Shown one piece after another: positions 12,587 to 25,325 of a stretch of DNA of 64,000 nt. How positions within the stretch are numbered: position 1 is the stretch's first letter; each line of letters begins with the position of its first letter. Origin of the DNA: Lama guanicoe (Eukaryota); contig MU053379.1 in NCBI GenBank assembly GCA_013239625.1, positions 5,022,714 to 5,086,713 of the forward strand. The letters run 5' to 3'. The notes under the pieces are model-generated. The model was not told the origin of the DNA, made no database searches, and saw nothing but the letters and a program-made list of their open reading frames with translations. A program made the position numbers and the translations under genes.

Positions 12587-12949
12587 AAGGGGTCTCACGA
12601 CCATGAACCATCTGGGTCAGCAAAGGCGTTCTTCCCGTGTTCACACGATATGGAGGCAGAGGTGACGGTGATGGGGACCTTGTCTGGCTTGGGCGCACTC
12701 CTTGTGGGTGGGCTACAGCTCACAAGCTGTAGTGGGGAAGGGGCAGGACTTTGGGCCCGAAGTCGAGTGGTTCAGCCGCCAAGCTGGCACAGGAGGCCAG
12801 TGTCCCATAGTCCGCCGGCCCAGTCTGGTCTAGGACATTGTCCCTACGTCCCACCTGTCAGCACCCTCTCCCTCTCAAGTGACCACGTCTCAACAATAAA
12901 CTCAGGACCACCGTGGGATTCGGGCACCAGCAAGGCGCTCCCAGGGCCC

Positions 12950-14070
12950 AGAGAGGGGGTGGTTTCCAGGACCAGGCCTGGAAGGGGCGCGCCCACTACA
13001 CACTGGCCAGGCGCCGGCACGTGGGCGCACCCGCCGCGAGGGAAGCGGGGAAGCTGGGAAGGCGGGCGGGCTCCACTTCGGGAGGAGAGGCGGCACGCCT
13101 TACCAGCAGGGCCCTGAGTCAGCGGGGCTGCGTGGACGACTGACCCTGGCAGGAGCGGCCCAACCTTCGCAGCTTTTAGAGGGACGAGAAAGCAGGGGTC
13201 GGGAATAGGAGAGGCGTGACTGCGCCGCCTGTCCTGTTGTGGCATTTTTCTATCAAAATAAGGGACTTCAGGTGCAGAGGGACCCAAGGGAAATTCAGAA
13301 CCTCCACAGCCGGTCAAGACCAAGACTGTGAGGCTGTGGGGGCGACTCCTCGGCCGCGCCGTGCGGGGCCCTGCGAGCTGGGACAGGAGCTGCGGCCACG
13401 CCGGGCCCCCGCTTCCAGGCTGAGACCCGCCGGGCTGGAGGCTGGAGGGCAGGCCGGCCGACCCCTGCGGGAAGGGCCACGGCGCCTGCGCGCTGGGCTG
13501 CGCCGCCCGCCTCCACGCCGCGCCTGCGCACTAGGCTGACGTGCGCTGCACGTGGGCGGGGCCGGGGCTCCGGGTCGGCCGGCCCGCACCCTGGGGGCGG
13601 AGGCGGCGCTGACGCCGGCGGGCGGGAGCGCAGGGAAGTGGCCTTGGTGGCCCGCGCGCTCCCCGGGGACGGGCACAGGGCCCTGCAGGGTAAGCGGCGG
13701 GCCGGGGCGCGTGCGGGTTCTGCCGGGCTCGGGGTACCTCTGCACGTGGGCCCCCGGGCACGGTGCGCTGCGCCCTGGAGAAGGGCTGCGACGGAGCAGG
13801 GCCGGCGGCCCCGGGTGTGCAGACCCAGCGCCGGGCAACGCCCCCGGCTGAAGCGGTGACTCGCACCCGGGCCTTCCCGCCCACCTCCTCCCTGTCCGGC
13901 TCCGTCAGTTCTCCGCGAGCCCCGGACTCCGCTGCCCGGTGAGCCGCGTGATCGGTGTTGGGCAGCGGGTGGGCAAGACGGCCGGTCTCCACCCCCAGGG
14001 AGCCGGTAGCCGGGCCTCTGCGTTCATTCATGCAGCCAGCTGCCGCTGACCCGCTCCCAGCTCAGCCGGG
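12950..14070 (+). promoter_or_regulatory. ENTPD6: ENTPD6 CpG-island promoter
   Basis: Very high GC and CpG density. NRF1-type GCGCCTGCGC motifs (~13482, ~13520), TGACGT CRE half-site (13537), E-box CACGTG (13549) and GC box GGGCGGGG (13554). No TATA box. Confidence 0.85.
13600..13689 (+). other. ENTPD6: ENTPD6 non-coding exon 1 (5' UTR; start approximate)
   Basis: Strong donor AGG|GTAAGC at 13689/13690 just downstream of the promoter motifs; no ATG in the exon. Confidence 0.65.
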
Positions 14071-16149
14071 TGCAGATCCAGTAGGAGCAGGACAGGCCGG
14101 GGAGAAAAGCCCGTTTAAACCTACCGGGAGAATAAGAGGTGTTTTTAATGTGCTTAATTTTGTACAAGCTTTCAGCGTGTGTGGCTGTCATTTGCCTGCT
14201 CGGCCCTTTTATGTACTTTAACCTTGAAGAAACTGGCCTACAGATAAGGCGACCACCCATCCAGATCAGATGGAGCTTGTATTTCTAGGGCTGACCCGCC
14301 GTCCCCAGCTCCTAGGAAGCCGCGCGTCTCCACCCTCGCTGCCACTGCCCCACACCCAGACTCTCCTCTCTGACTCCTGTCTCCCCCGATAAAGGGATGC
14401 ACCCCCACCCCCACCCCAGGCAGAGTTAGCTTAGCCAAACCTGTTTCCCTTTGTGCACCTGCACCCTGCCCCACCCGCCACACCTGCCTGCTATCTCATT
14501 CCCCACCTGACTTTACTTACAGACTTGTTCTAGACTCTCTCTCCCTAAAGAACAAAACTAAACTGAAAGTGAATTGTTTTCCTTGGTGAACCTCTGGGGA
14601 GGGCCTGATCGACACATTTTACACGTGGTGTTAGTGGTGTCACAGAAATTTGTTTTGCCTGTCCTGCAGGTGTCTTAGCTTTGAACAAACACCTTACCCT
14701 ACGGAGGGAAATTGGGTTTTTAGATTCCGGCCTCAGGGACGTGGAGGGGCCTCTGTGCCCTCTTGATGTTGTGTTCTGTTTGGCTTCTCTTTATGCCATT
14801 CTAAACTTGGTGTGTACCTTTAATGACTGTATGTATGTAATTTCCTGTGAGTTTTTTTTTTTTTGGTTGCCTGAAGTAGTCTTACATTAACAGGGAAGTG
14901 AAGTGATGACGCACCTTTGATTTGGAGACAGAAGCCGGAAACTCCTCTGTACCTTGCTGAGTGCCGGACCCCAGGCAAGTCCAGTTACAGACCTTCCCGG
15001 GCCTTGGTGCTGTCGTGTGGAAATAAGTCGCCTCGTGTCGTGTGCTGCCAGCCTTGTGGGTCTCTAGCAACAGGATGTAGCGTATGTATAGGGGTGCTTT
15101 GTAAGTGGGTAGGAAAATTTAACAGCAGCCTGCAAGATTTGATATACTATCTGTTACTCTGATCTTGAATATCGTAGTTCTTAGACTAACATAGGACATG
15201 ATAAAATGTGACTGTGAGAAAGGAGTTTATAAAACACTTTCAAAGTTGTAAGATGTTAGTATTGCTTTTATGTCCTCACCAATCATCTTTGAAAGTAGCT
15301 GCTTTAGAACTTTCTGTATAAATACTTTTGTTTAATGATCACTTAGCAACGGGAAACGCTGGGTTACTATGATCTGACAAAAGGAGGTCTATGAAAGGCT
15401 CTGCTGTAGGGTGAGGGCTGGCTGCCTGGGAGTGGCTTCCTCAGGCTCCAGCTGCAAACCTGTTGTCACTCACAGGGTCAGTTGCACTTCTGACTGATGT
15501 CCTGCTGTCGTTTCAAACTCAGCATGTAGGAAACCTGGTCACTGCAGTCTTCTACCCAAACAGCCCCATCCCAGATGGCTTGTCTCTGCTGGTGACCACC
15601 ATTTGGGTCCTGAAGCATCGTCCGTGCCTCCATCTTTCCCCGACTCCTGGTGAATTGCTAAATTGTTGGCTGGCCTCCTTCACTGCTGGCTGAGCAGCCA
15701 CTGGGCTCTGGCCTTGTGCCGCAGTGGGAGACCCAGGATGAGTGGATGGTCCCTGCTTCCAGGGAGGCATCTAACCAGAGGGAAGGGAGGCACAAGTGAA
15801 TCGCTCCACTGACAGCTTACTCAGGGGCGTAGTGTAAAGCACCAAGGAGCCCAGAGGAGGGGCCCCCAGCTGCCGGGGCCCAGAGCTGCAGTTAGCATCT
15901 TGGGTGGGCTATGCAGGGGTGCAGAGAAAGGAGCAAAGGGGGAAAAATTTAAGGCAGGAGAAATCTCAGTAAGGTAGGACTTGTCTCTTTGCTCAGGAGG
16001 TGAGATGAGATTGGTAACTTTAAAACAGCTTGATTTTGATGTAAAATGAGAATTCTCCCCGTCTCATCAGTGCCTTTAGTCCTGCGCCCACAAATCTCAT
16101 TTATGTGACCTGCCTGGCCTTAGAGCAACTAAAGGACTCTGTGTGTGGT

Positions 16150-19100
16150 GGGGTGAAGCACACGTGAAGTAAACGCTACCATTTCAGCCGGTTTTAAGTG
16201 TGGAGTTGAGCGGCGTTACATGCGTTGCTGCGCCCCTGCCGCCTGCCGCCTGCAGAGCTCTTTCGTCTCCCAGACTGGACCCGTCCCCTCAGACCGTGAC
16301 CCCTCCCCCCTGCCTCCCCCGGCCCCTGGAGCCACTGTGCTTCCTTTGGTCTCCGTGCATTTGGCTTCTCTAGGTACCTTGTGTAAGTGGAGAATTTGTG
16401 CTTTTATGACTGGCTTACTTCACTTAGCACAGTGATTCAACCATGTTGTAGCCCGTGTCCGAGGCGCCTTCATTTTTAGGGCTGAGTAAGATTCCATTGT
16501 GTTTATGCACATAGCTGCTTTCTCCAGTCATCCGTGGATGGACATTTGGGCTGTTGCCACCTCCTGGCTGTTGTAAACAGTGCTGTAGTGAACTTGGGTG
16601 TGCAGACATGTCAAGACCCTGCTTTCAGTTCTTTTGGCTAAATACCAGAAATAGGTTTGCTGGATCATATAATAATTCTGTTTTTAGTTTTCTGAGGAAC
16701 CTCCACACTGTTTGCTGTAGTGGTTGCACCACTGTAGAAGAGTTCCAGTTTCTCCACGTTCTTCCCAACTCTTGTTACTGTTTGTCTTTTTGTGGTGGCT
16801 GTCCTGGTCGGTGTGAGGTGATGTGTAACTGGTTTTTGTGTGTCTCTGGTCATTAGTGATGCTGAGCCTCTTTTCACGTGCTTGTTGGCCATTTGAGTAT
16901 CTTCTGTGGAGAGATGTCTGTTCAGGTCTTTTGCCTGTTTTTGAATTGGGTTGGTGGTGGTTGTTGCTGTTGTTGAGTTTAGGAGTCTTCTTTATGTCCT
17001 GGATAGTCACCCTGTGTCGGGCCTGTGACCTGCAAACATTTTCTCCCTTTCTTAGGGATGCCATTTTCCTCTGTTGTCAGTGTCCTTTGCTGCACTGTGG
17101 TTTTTAATTTGATATAGTCCTATTTGTCTATTTTTGCTTTTGTTGCCTGTGCTGTTGGTGTCTTAAAGAAATTAGTGCCAAATCTGATCTCATGATGCTG
17201 TTCCCCAATGTTTTCTCCTAGGAGTTTTATAGTTTTTAGATTTTACATTTAACTCTTTATTTTGAGTTTATTTCTGTATGTGGTGTGAGGTCAGGATCCA
17301 ACTTCATTGTTTTATATGTGGATATCCCGATTTCCCAATACGACTTGTTAAAAAAACAGTCCTTTCCCCACTGAATGGTCTGGGTACCCTTGTCAAAGAT
17401 CACTTGGCCAAATATGTGGCAGTCTGTTCTGGACTCTGTTCTGTTCCATTGGTCTTTGTGTCTGTCTTTACACCACTGCTACACTGTGTTGATTACTGTG
17501 GCTTTGTAATATGTTTTAAAAATCTGAATGTGTGAAGCTTCCAACTTTGTTCTTCTTTTTCAGAATTGTTTTGGTGATTTGGGGTCACTTGAAATTTCAT
17601 GTGAATTTTAGGATTTTTTTTTCTGCAAAACAAAATGTTGGGTTTTTGATAAGGATTGCATTGAATCTGTGAATTGCTTTGGATGCTGTTGAGATCTTAA
17701 CAATATTAAGTCTTCCAATCCATGAACATGGGCTATCTTTCTGTTTATTTGACTCTTAATTTCTTTCAACAATGTTTTGTAGTGTTCAGGGTACGAGTCT
17801 TTCATGTTCTTGGTTAACTTTATTCTTAAGTATTTTATTCTTTTTGATGCTTTTGTAAGTAGAATTGTTTGATGGGATTATAAATGGGATTATTTGATGG
17901 TATTGTAAATGGAATTGTTTTCTCAATTTCCTTTTCAGATTATTCCTTGTAGTGTATAGAAACAACTGATTTTTGTATATTGATTTGTATCTTATAATCT
18001 TGCTGAATTTGTTTATTAGTTCCAACAGTTATTTCCCCTCTTTCTGCCCAATGTGGAATCTTTAGGGTTTTCCACATACAAATGTACCTCAGAGATATTG
18101 TGGGTTCTTTTCTGAGCCACATCAATAAAGGGAATATCACAATAAAATAATTCACACAGTGGTTTTTGTCTCAGTGCATATGAAAGTTGTGTTTTCACTG
18201 TACTGTGAAGTGTGCAATAATAGCATTATGTCTAAAAAAACAATGTATATCCTTATTTTAAAAATACTTTATTGGTAAAAAAAAAAAAAGCCAACCATCA
18301 TCTGAGCCTTCAACAAGTCATAATCTTTTTGCAGCAGTAACACCAAAGATAACTGACCACAGATCACCATAACAAATAGAATAATGGAAAAGTTTGATGT
18401 ATTGCAAAAAATTATCAAAATGTAACCAGAGACACAAAGTGAGCAAATGCTGTTGGAAAAATGGTGCCAACAGACTTGTACAGTGTAGGGTTGCCACACA
18501 TCTTCACTTTGTTTAAAAAAAAATGCGATATTTGCAAAGTGCAATAAAGCAAGCACAGTGAAATGCGGTGGGCTTTGTGAGCCCACATCGTCTGCAAACA
18601 GCTCATCCTCCTTCCTCCTTCCTAACTTAGGTCCTTTTTCTTTATTCTTCTTTTCTGATTGGCCTGGCTAGAATTTCCAACACTTCGTTGAATGGAAGTG
18701 GTGGAAACGGACATCCTTTCTTGACCCCGCCCTCACAGTAAAGGTTTCAGCCTTCCGCGCTGGGCCGCAGGTTACACGCGGCTTTTATTATGGTGAGGTA
18801 GTCTCCTTCTGGTCCTGGTTTGTTGGGGGGCTTAGTTATGAAAAAGCATTAGATTTTATTAAACTTTTTCTGCACCAGTTGAGATAGTGTGGTTTTTTCC
18901 CCCTCCCTGTTCTGTTCACGTGGTATGTTACCTGGGTAGGTTTTCATGGAGTGAATCACCTGGCATTCCGGGAATAACTCCACTTGGACATGGTGTGTAA
19001 CCCTTTTACTATGCTGTTGAGTTCAGTTTGATGCTATTTGTTGAGGATCTTTATATTGTCATTCATAAGAAATATTGATGTGTATTTGCTTTTCTTGTAG

Positions 19101-21430
19101 TGTCTTTGTCTGGCTTTGATATGGGGTGATGCTGGCCTCAAAGATGAGTTAAGAAGTTGTCCCTTGTCTTCAGTTTTTGGGAAGATTATGAAAAGGACTT
19201 TTAATTCTTCAGGTGTTTAGTAGACTCAGTAGTGAAACCATCTGGTCCAGGGCTCTGCTTTGCTGCGAGGTTTGATTGCTGATTGAGTCTTTCGAGCTGT
19301 GGCGCTGTTCAGACTCTGTTTCCTCGTGATTCATTTTGGTCGTTTGTGTGTTTCTAGGAGTTTGTCTGTTGGATCCAGGTTCTCCAGTCATTGGCACACA
19401 GTTGTTCATGGTACTCTCAGTCATTCTTACTCTATAAAGTCGATAGTAATGTTCCCTCTTCCGCTTCTGATTTTAGTTACTTGAATATTCCTTCTTTATA
19501 CCTTCGTCAGTCTAGCCAAAGTCTTGTCACTTAGGTTGCTCTTTTCAAAGAACCAACTCTTGGGCTCAGGGATTTTCTCTGTTTTATTTACCCTGCTCTA
19601 ATTTTTATTGTTTCCTTCCTTCTAGCTTTGTTTAGTTTGCTCTGTTTCCAGTTCCTTAACGTTAAGGTAGGTTGTTAGTCTGAGGTCTTTATCTTCTCTT
19701 AATGTAAGCATTTGCAGCTGAAAACTTGCCTCTCGGCGTCCCGTACGTTTTGGTATGTTGTGTTTTCATTTCCATCTGTCACAAGTATTTTCTCCTTTCC
19801 GCTTTCACTTCTTTTTTGATCCATTGGCTGTTCAAGTGTGTGTTGCTTGATTTCCATATATTGGGGAATTTTCCAGGTGTTTTCTGCCCTCGATTTCTAG
19901 TTTCATTCTGTTGTGATTGGAAAAGATGCTGTGTTTGATTTTGACCTCTTCCCGTTAGTAGGACATGCTTTGTAGCCCGACGTGTCACGTGTCCTGGAGA
20001 ATGTTTTATGTGCACCTGAGAAAAACGAGTTTGCTGCTGCTGCTGGTAGAGTGTCCTGTGTCTGTGCTGACCTCCTGCCTGACTTCTCTGTGCTTTACTG
20101 GAAGTGGGATATCCAGGCCCCCGTGTCACTGCGCAGCTGGCTGTTCTCCTTCCAGTTCTGTTCGCTTCAGATGTCAAGGAGCTGCTGTATCCATGTTTAC
20201 AGTTGTACATCTACTTGGTGATCTGGCCCTCTTGTCATTATGCAGCGTCTTTTTTTGTCTCTTGGGGCCGTTTTTCACTTAAAGTCCGGTATGTCTGATG
20301 TAGTATACAGGTCCCCGCTCTGTCGGTTACTGTTTTCGCGGAGTCTTTCCACAGTCTGTGTGTGTCCTTAGACCTAAAGTGAGTCTCTTGTAGAAGCACG
20401 AAGCTGAATTCTGTTTTTTATCAGCTCAGCTAATTGCTGAAGGGAGAGGACTGACTTTTGCCGTTTCGTAATTTTCTGTGTGTCTTGTAGCTTCTTTAGC
20501 CCTCAGTTCCTGCAGGTGTTTCCTCTTTGTTAACTGGTGCCTTGTGGGAGCAACTCTGAGTCCTGCCTCATTCCCTTTGGGTGCGTGAGACCCCTTCCTT
20601 GTGGTTACACCCTGGTGTGGTGGCAGTTTAGGTTTGACACCGGCTTAACGTGAATCACACGTGCTCGGTCTCCCCTCCCCACTTTGTTGTCAGTGTCACA
20701 GGGCACGCGTTTGTGTTCCAGCGACACAGGCTTACGATTATTTTTGTGCATTTGTCTTTTCAATCCTCTGGAAAGTAAAAGGGAGTTGCAGCTCCAGTTA
20801 CAACTGGTTTTTCTGTGTATCCGCGAATTTACCTTAACTGGAGATCTTCACGTGTTCTCACGGCTTCCAGTGACTCCGTGGCATCCGTTTGTTTCGGCCC
20901 GAGGGACTCCCCTCGGCGGCTCCCACAGGCGGTCTGCTGGTGAGGAGCTCCCTCAGCGTTTCTTATCTGGGGCTGTGTTCGTTTCTTCGCTTTGCTTCAG
21001 CCTTGTCTCCGCGGCTCTGGCTCAGTAACCTCAGTGCCCTGTGCTCAGGTGCATCCTCCCCCTGCCCCGTGTGCCGTCGGGCCCCTCTGGTGAATTTTCC
21101 CACTTGGTCACTGTGTTGCTCAGCGCCACGATCACTGCTTGGCTCTTCGTTATGGTTCCTATCTTTTTGTTGTCATACGTTGTTTTTGTAATGCGTTTTA
21201 GTTCTGTGTTTTCCTTTCACTTTCTCAGCATGTCTAAGACGGTCGGTCGTTTAAAGTCTTTCATCTGCAACATCCTAAGCCCGTGTTTCTTCAGGGACAG
21301 TTTCTACTGCTTTTTCTTCATGCAAGGGGGCCATGTTTCCCCATTTCTTTGTATGCCTTGTGATTTTTTTTTCATTAAACATTCAAAAAAACAGCTGCCT
21401 CTCTCGGTGTTTGCAGACTGGGGCTGTGCC
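16150..21430 (-). mobile_element. Long decayed LINE-1 (3' UTR through ORF2 toward ORF1) in ENTPD6 intron 1
   Basis: Minus-strand ORF2p-like remnants ([49 protein letters not shown]) in collinear order with many stops and frameshifts. Confidence 0.85.
18079..18577 (-). mobile_element. Internally deleted Tigger1 DNA transposon (Tigger1a-like) nested in the L1
   Basis: Both Tigger1 ends present (tacctcagagatattgtgggttc... and, on the minus strand, gctttattgcactttgcaaatatcgc..gtggcaaccct..ccatttttccaacagcatttgctcac). Preceded by TA. Confidence 0.8.
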
Positions 21431-23308
21431 CTGAACAACCCTCCCAAGTTGCCAGGGGGTGTCTGAGCCGGGGGTCAGCTTGGGAAGGCCTGGGCCTCGC
21501 TGGGATTTGTTCGGAGCCTGTGTGTGTGCTGTTCCCTGGCCCCCCGCACGGGTGGCCGCTCTCACGGGTCTTCTGTCGCAGCGCTCCACCTGAGCTCCCC
21601 CTCGGGCCTTGGGTGTCCCTCGCACCCCCACCCTCAGCCTCTTGGCCCAGGCAGCCATGAGGCGGGTTGGAATGTTGCTGGAAGCTCTGCTCCAGCCCTT
21701 CGGTGTGAGGGAGGGCCTGGGGGGCCACTGCCAGGGCAGTGGGACGAGGGTGGGGGAGCACCACAGACCCACCCGCTGTCCGTACTGCGACGTTTTCCCC
21801 GCGGGGCTCCCGCTGGGCCCGTAGGCCTGCTGGGCGGTGGCAGCGCAGGACAGGCTAAGGCCCTGCGCTTGGGGCTCATGGTCAGAGGGGCACGACCTTC
21901 AGGAACGGATCCCAGAAACAGGCACCCTGACAGGTCAGATGAGGGCAGCGAGCTCGAGGAGAGCACAGGGTGGGATCGGTTAAGCTGGGGGCATCAGGAA
22001 AGGTGGGGACAACAGCCTTCCAGCCGAGGGATGAGGACAAGGTTGGCCAGGGTGGTGGCCAGGCGTTCTGGGAATGGTTAACAGTGCACGTGAAGGGCGG
22101 AGGCAGGGAGGTTCTCAGCAGAGGAAGCAAGGGCCAGAGAGGGAGGGGTGCAGTGCAGAGGCTGGTAGGGGTCACGCTGGGGCAGCATGTGCTGGGAGCA
22201 CTGGGGGCTCCCGAGGGCAGGTGAGGCAGGAGCAGGGTCTGGGAGGCTTGCCTGGGTGTGGGCAGTGCTGCAGGGGCCTGGGGTGTCCTGGTGTGGCTGT
22301 CGGGCTGAGCCCCTGAGGGCACTGTTCCATGTCCCCTCCATGCAGATGGCCTCAAGGTTGGCAGGTGCCCCCTGCACTTGTAGGCCCGGCCCCGACTTCC
22401 CGCCCTGCCCCCAGAGAGTGCAGTCTCGCTGTCCTCCAGGGCCATGACTCCTGCCACCCCGTGTCCTGGGCCAGCGCACATCCTGTGTGCCCCAGACAGC
22501 CAGCCCCTGCCAGTCGGTCACCCTCCACGGTCACACGCTTTCCACCCAGCATCTCCCTGTGTCCTGCCCCCGGGGCGTCACTCCACTTACCCGACTGACA
22601 GGGTGGGGTGGATGGACAGATGGCGAGCCCGCTCCCCCACCCCGCCCACCAAGAGCCCAGCGCCTTTTCTTGTCCTCGGATGGAAGCTGAACGAGTGCCT
22701 CTCTTCCAAGGGGCGCTGACCCAGACCCCGGTGCTGATGACTTATTTTGCTACTCGGGTCAAGTTTTTATGGGCTCCAGAAGCATACAGGCACCATTCCC
22801 TTCTCGGCGGAAACAGGGGGACGAATGAAAGGCTGTGTCTGTTGCGAAGCTTTGAGAACCAGCCATCTCTGATCTGCCTGTGGCTCTGTGGTTCCCAGGG
22901 AACAAGATTTTAAACCTTTGAAGACTGAGCTGCTAGCATAGGAGGGAAGTGAGGACCGAAGGAAGGTGGTGGGTACGCATTTCTGTGACCCTGAAGGGCT
23001 TGGGGACACCCAAGTTTGCCTTCACACACGTTTGCCTGGAAGGGCGCTCAGAGGGGCTGCGGGGCTGGCCCAGGCCAGCACCTGCAGGACCAGTGGCCTT
23101 GGACTCTGCGAGCCTCGGTTCCTGGTCTGTCAAGTGGGGCTTCCCCACAGGAAGTGTCTGATCCCACTGGAGAAAACGCAGTTTCTGTCTGGAGAGGCCC
23201 TGTCCCCGAGACAGGGACTTGTGAGCCACTGGGAGCTTTGCAGCCTCATGCATTCTTCCTTCCTGTCCCCTTCCACCAGCGGCGCGGCCCTGTCCTCAGC
23301 AGACGGAG

Positions 23309-23600
23309 ATGAGAAAAATACCGAATAATGGGAACCTGAGGGTGCCGAGGGTGGCGTACCCGCTGGGGCTGCTCGCGTGCCTGTTCATCTACATCGCCTA
23401 CATCAAGTGGCACTGGGCCTCGGCCACCCAGGCCTTCCTCAGCATCACCGAGGCAGCGGCGGGGGCACGGCGGGGCCAGCAGGCCCACAGCCCCCCGGGG
23501 GCAGCCGCGCACGCGCACGAGGTCTTCTACGGCATCATGTTCGACGCGGGCAGCACCGGCACCCGTGTGCACATCTTCCAGTTCACGCGGCCGCACGGAG
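23309..23600 (+). CDS. ENTPD6: Ectonucleoside triphosphate diphosphohydrolase 6, first coding exon (exon begins 23280)
   Basis: MRKIPNNGNLRVPRVAYPLGLLACLFIYIAYIKW (type II TM anchor) and apyrase conserved region 1 FDAGSTGTR. Acceptor ccag at 23279, donor GAG|GTAGC. Confidence 0.97.
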
Positions 23601-24860
23601 GTAGCGGGCACGGGGCGGGGCCTGGGCCCTGGGGTGTGGGCTGGGCCCCTGCCGTGGACTCCCCTGGGAGCCCCAAGGGTCCTGAGGGCAGCAGGGATCC
23701 CAGGCGTGTTGGGTGGCCTTCACCAGTGGCTGGGGTGGCCGAGATCGTGACTTAGGCCAGAGGGCACGTGGGGTGACCCCAGACGCAGACGGGAGGGAGC
23801 TGAGAGTCTAGAAAGTCAGATAAGTGAGCAGAGACCCAGAAGGCAGGCTGACCCAGAGTTGCCCGCTGGGCCCCGGCCGCAGGGGAGTGACCAGACAACA
23901 GTGGCCCCAGTGAGCGGGGGTCTGGGCCAGACTGAGGGTGGGAATTGGGCATCTCTACCTGCCGGCTTCCCCCGCGGGGAGACCCCCCAGCGCCTCCCTT
24001 GTGCCCTCTGGCTCGGAGGGTCCCGCTCCGGCCTCTCACCCCTGGGCGTCTCCCCGACACCCACAGTGGGGTTCCCCGTGGTTCTGTGCAGACCCTCCGA
24101 CCTTCTGGGCGTTAACCGAGCTGGGGTGCCAGACCCTTCCGTAGAGCTCTCCAAAGTGGCACGTTAATCTCCTTTTTATCTGCCTTATTTTTAAACTTGT
24201 CACAGTAGTTACATGTCTATATGCTGGACTTAAGCTGCCTCCACAGTTGGTCTTGAAGCTGAGTTGAAGGCAATGTGCATCAGCGTGTGACCCTCTAACG
24301 GCCACATTCCTGTCATTTTCTGTGGAGAGACGTTCTCACAAGTGACTTTGGCCCCAGTTGTTCCTGCTGGGCCTTGGTGTCTGAGTTCAGACAGCACCCC
24401 TTGGCCTCGGAATGCTCTCGCTTGCTGTGACACAAGTCCAGGCCTCTAAAATTTAAAACACTCAATTTTTTAAAAAGAAGAATGGAGTATTCTTTCAGAA
24501 CCTGTGATGGGTCCCTCTCGAATCAAGAACGTGATTTTCATATTTGCAGTTTGGACTCTGCTCCTGCACTCAGTCAGCATGGATTAACTGTGGTGAAATG
24601 TGACACTTTAAACGGGTGGTTTCTGGTGTGTAAATTATACCTCAGTAAAGTTGACGTTTTTTAAAAAAGGAAAGTTCTGGCCAAAACATTAAGTGCCTGC
24701 TCCTCGTGCTCAGCCAGACTGGAGAGGCGGAGTGCAGGGAGGAAGTGAAGGTCTGTTTTCAGGTTCTGCCGTAAAAGCGGGGCTGCTCGTGGTCGTGCAG
24801 AGCCGTGTGTGCTTGCGCACACCTACACCTGGACCTTTTTTAAATGTGATTTTCCCTTAG

Positions 24861-24937
24861 AAACTCCCACCTTGACCCGTGAAACCTTCAGAGCACTGAC
24901 GCCAGGGCTTTCTGCTTACGCTGATGACGTTGAAAAG
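24861..24937 (+). CDS. ENTPD6: ENTPD6 coding exon 2
   Basis: ETPTLTRETFRALTPGLSAYADDVEK; ttag acceptor, AAG|GTAAC donor; phase consistent. Confidence 0.97.
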
Positions 24938-25149
24938 GTAACGGTTTTCTCTTGTGTCTGTTCATCGGATTTGTTGTTTGTCGGTTTGTTAAAGTGGCCC
25001 CACTTCTCTGGGATGCAGAGAGCTGCCCCCCAGCAGCACCTCTGGTGGTGCCGACCCGGCACTTCCCTGGGCGGGACGATCAGATGGAGGAGCGGGCACC
25101 ACATGTACAGCCAAAGGCTCACCGCTGCCCCCCGTCGCCGCCCCGCCAC

Positions 25150-25325
25150 GTCACATATGTACACACACCACACAAGCACCACACATGTACACATACCACA
25201 CACACCACGTTTATACACACTTATGTACACATATCCGCACACATGCACACCACACATACCATACATGTACGCACATGCACGCCGTGTGTACACACGCGTA
25301 CATACACACCACGCACACATGCACC
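25150..25325. repeat. Degenerate (CA)/(CATA)-rich low-complexity tract
   Basis: acacaccacacaagcaccacacatgtacacatacc... imperfect purine-pyrimidine alternation. Confidence 0.85.

Noticed and set aside
12550..14260. Many overlapping 100-190 aa Pro/Arg/Gly/Ala-rich ORFs on both strands
   Set aside because: They lie in the ENTPD6 CpG island, where stop codons are rare; no family resemblance.
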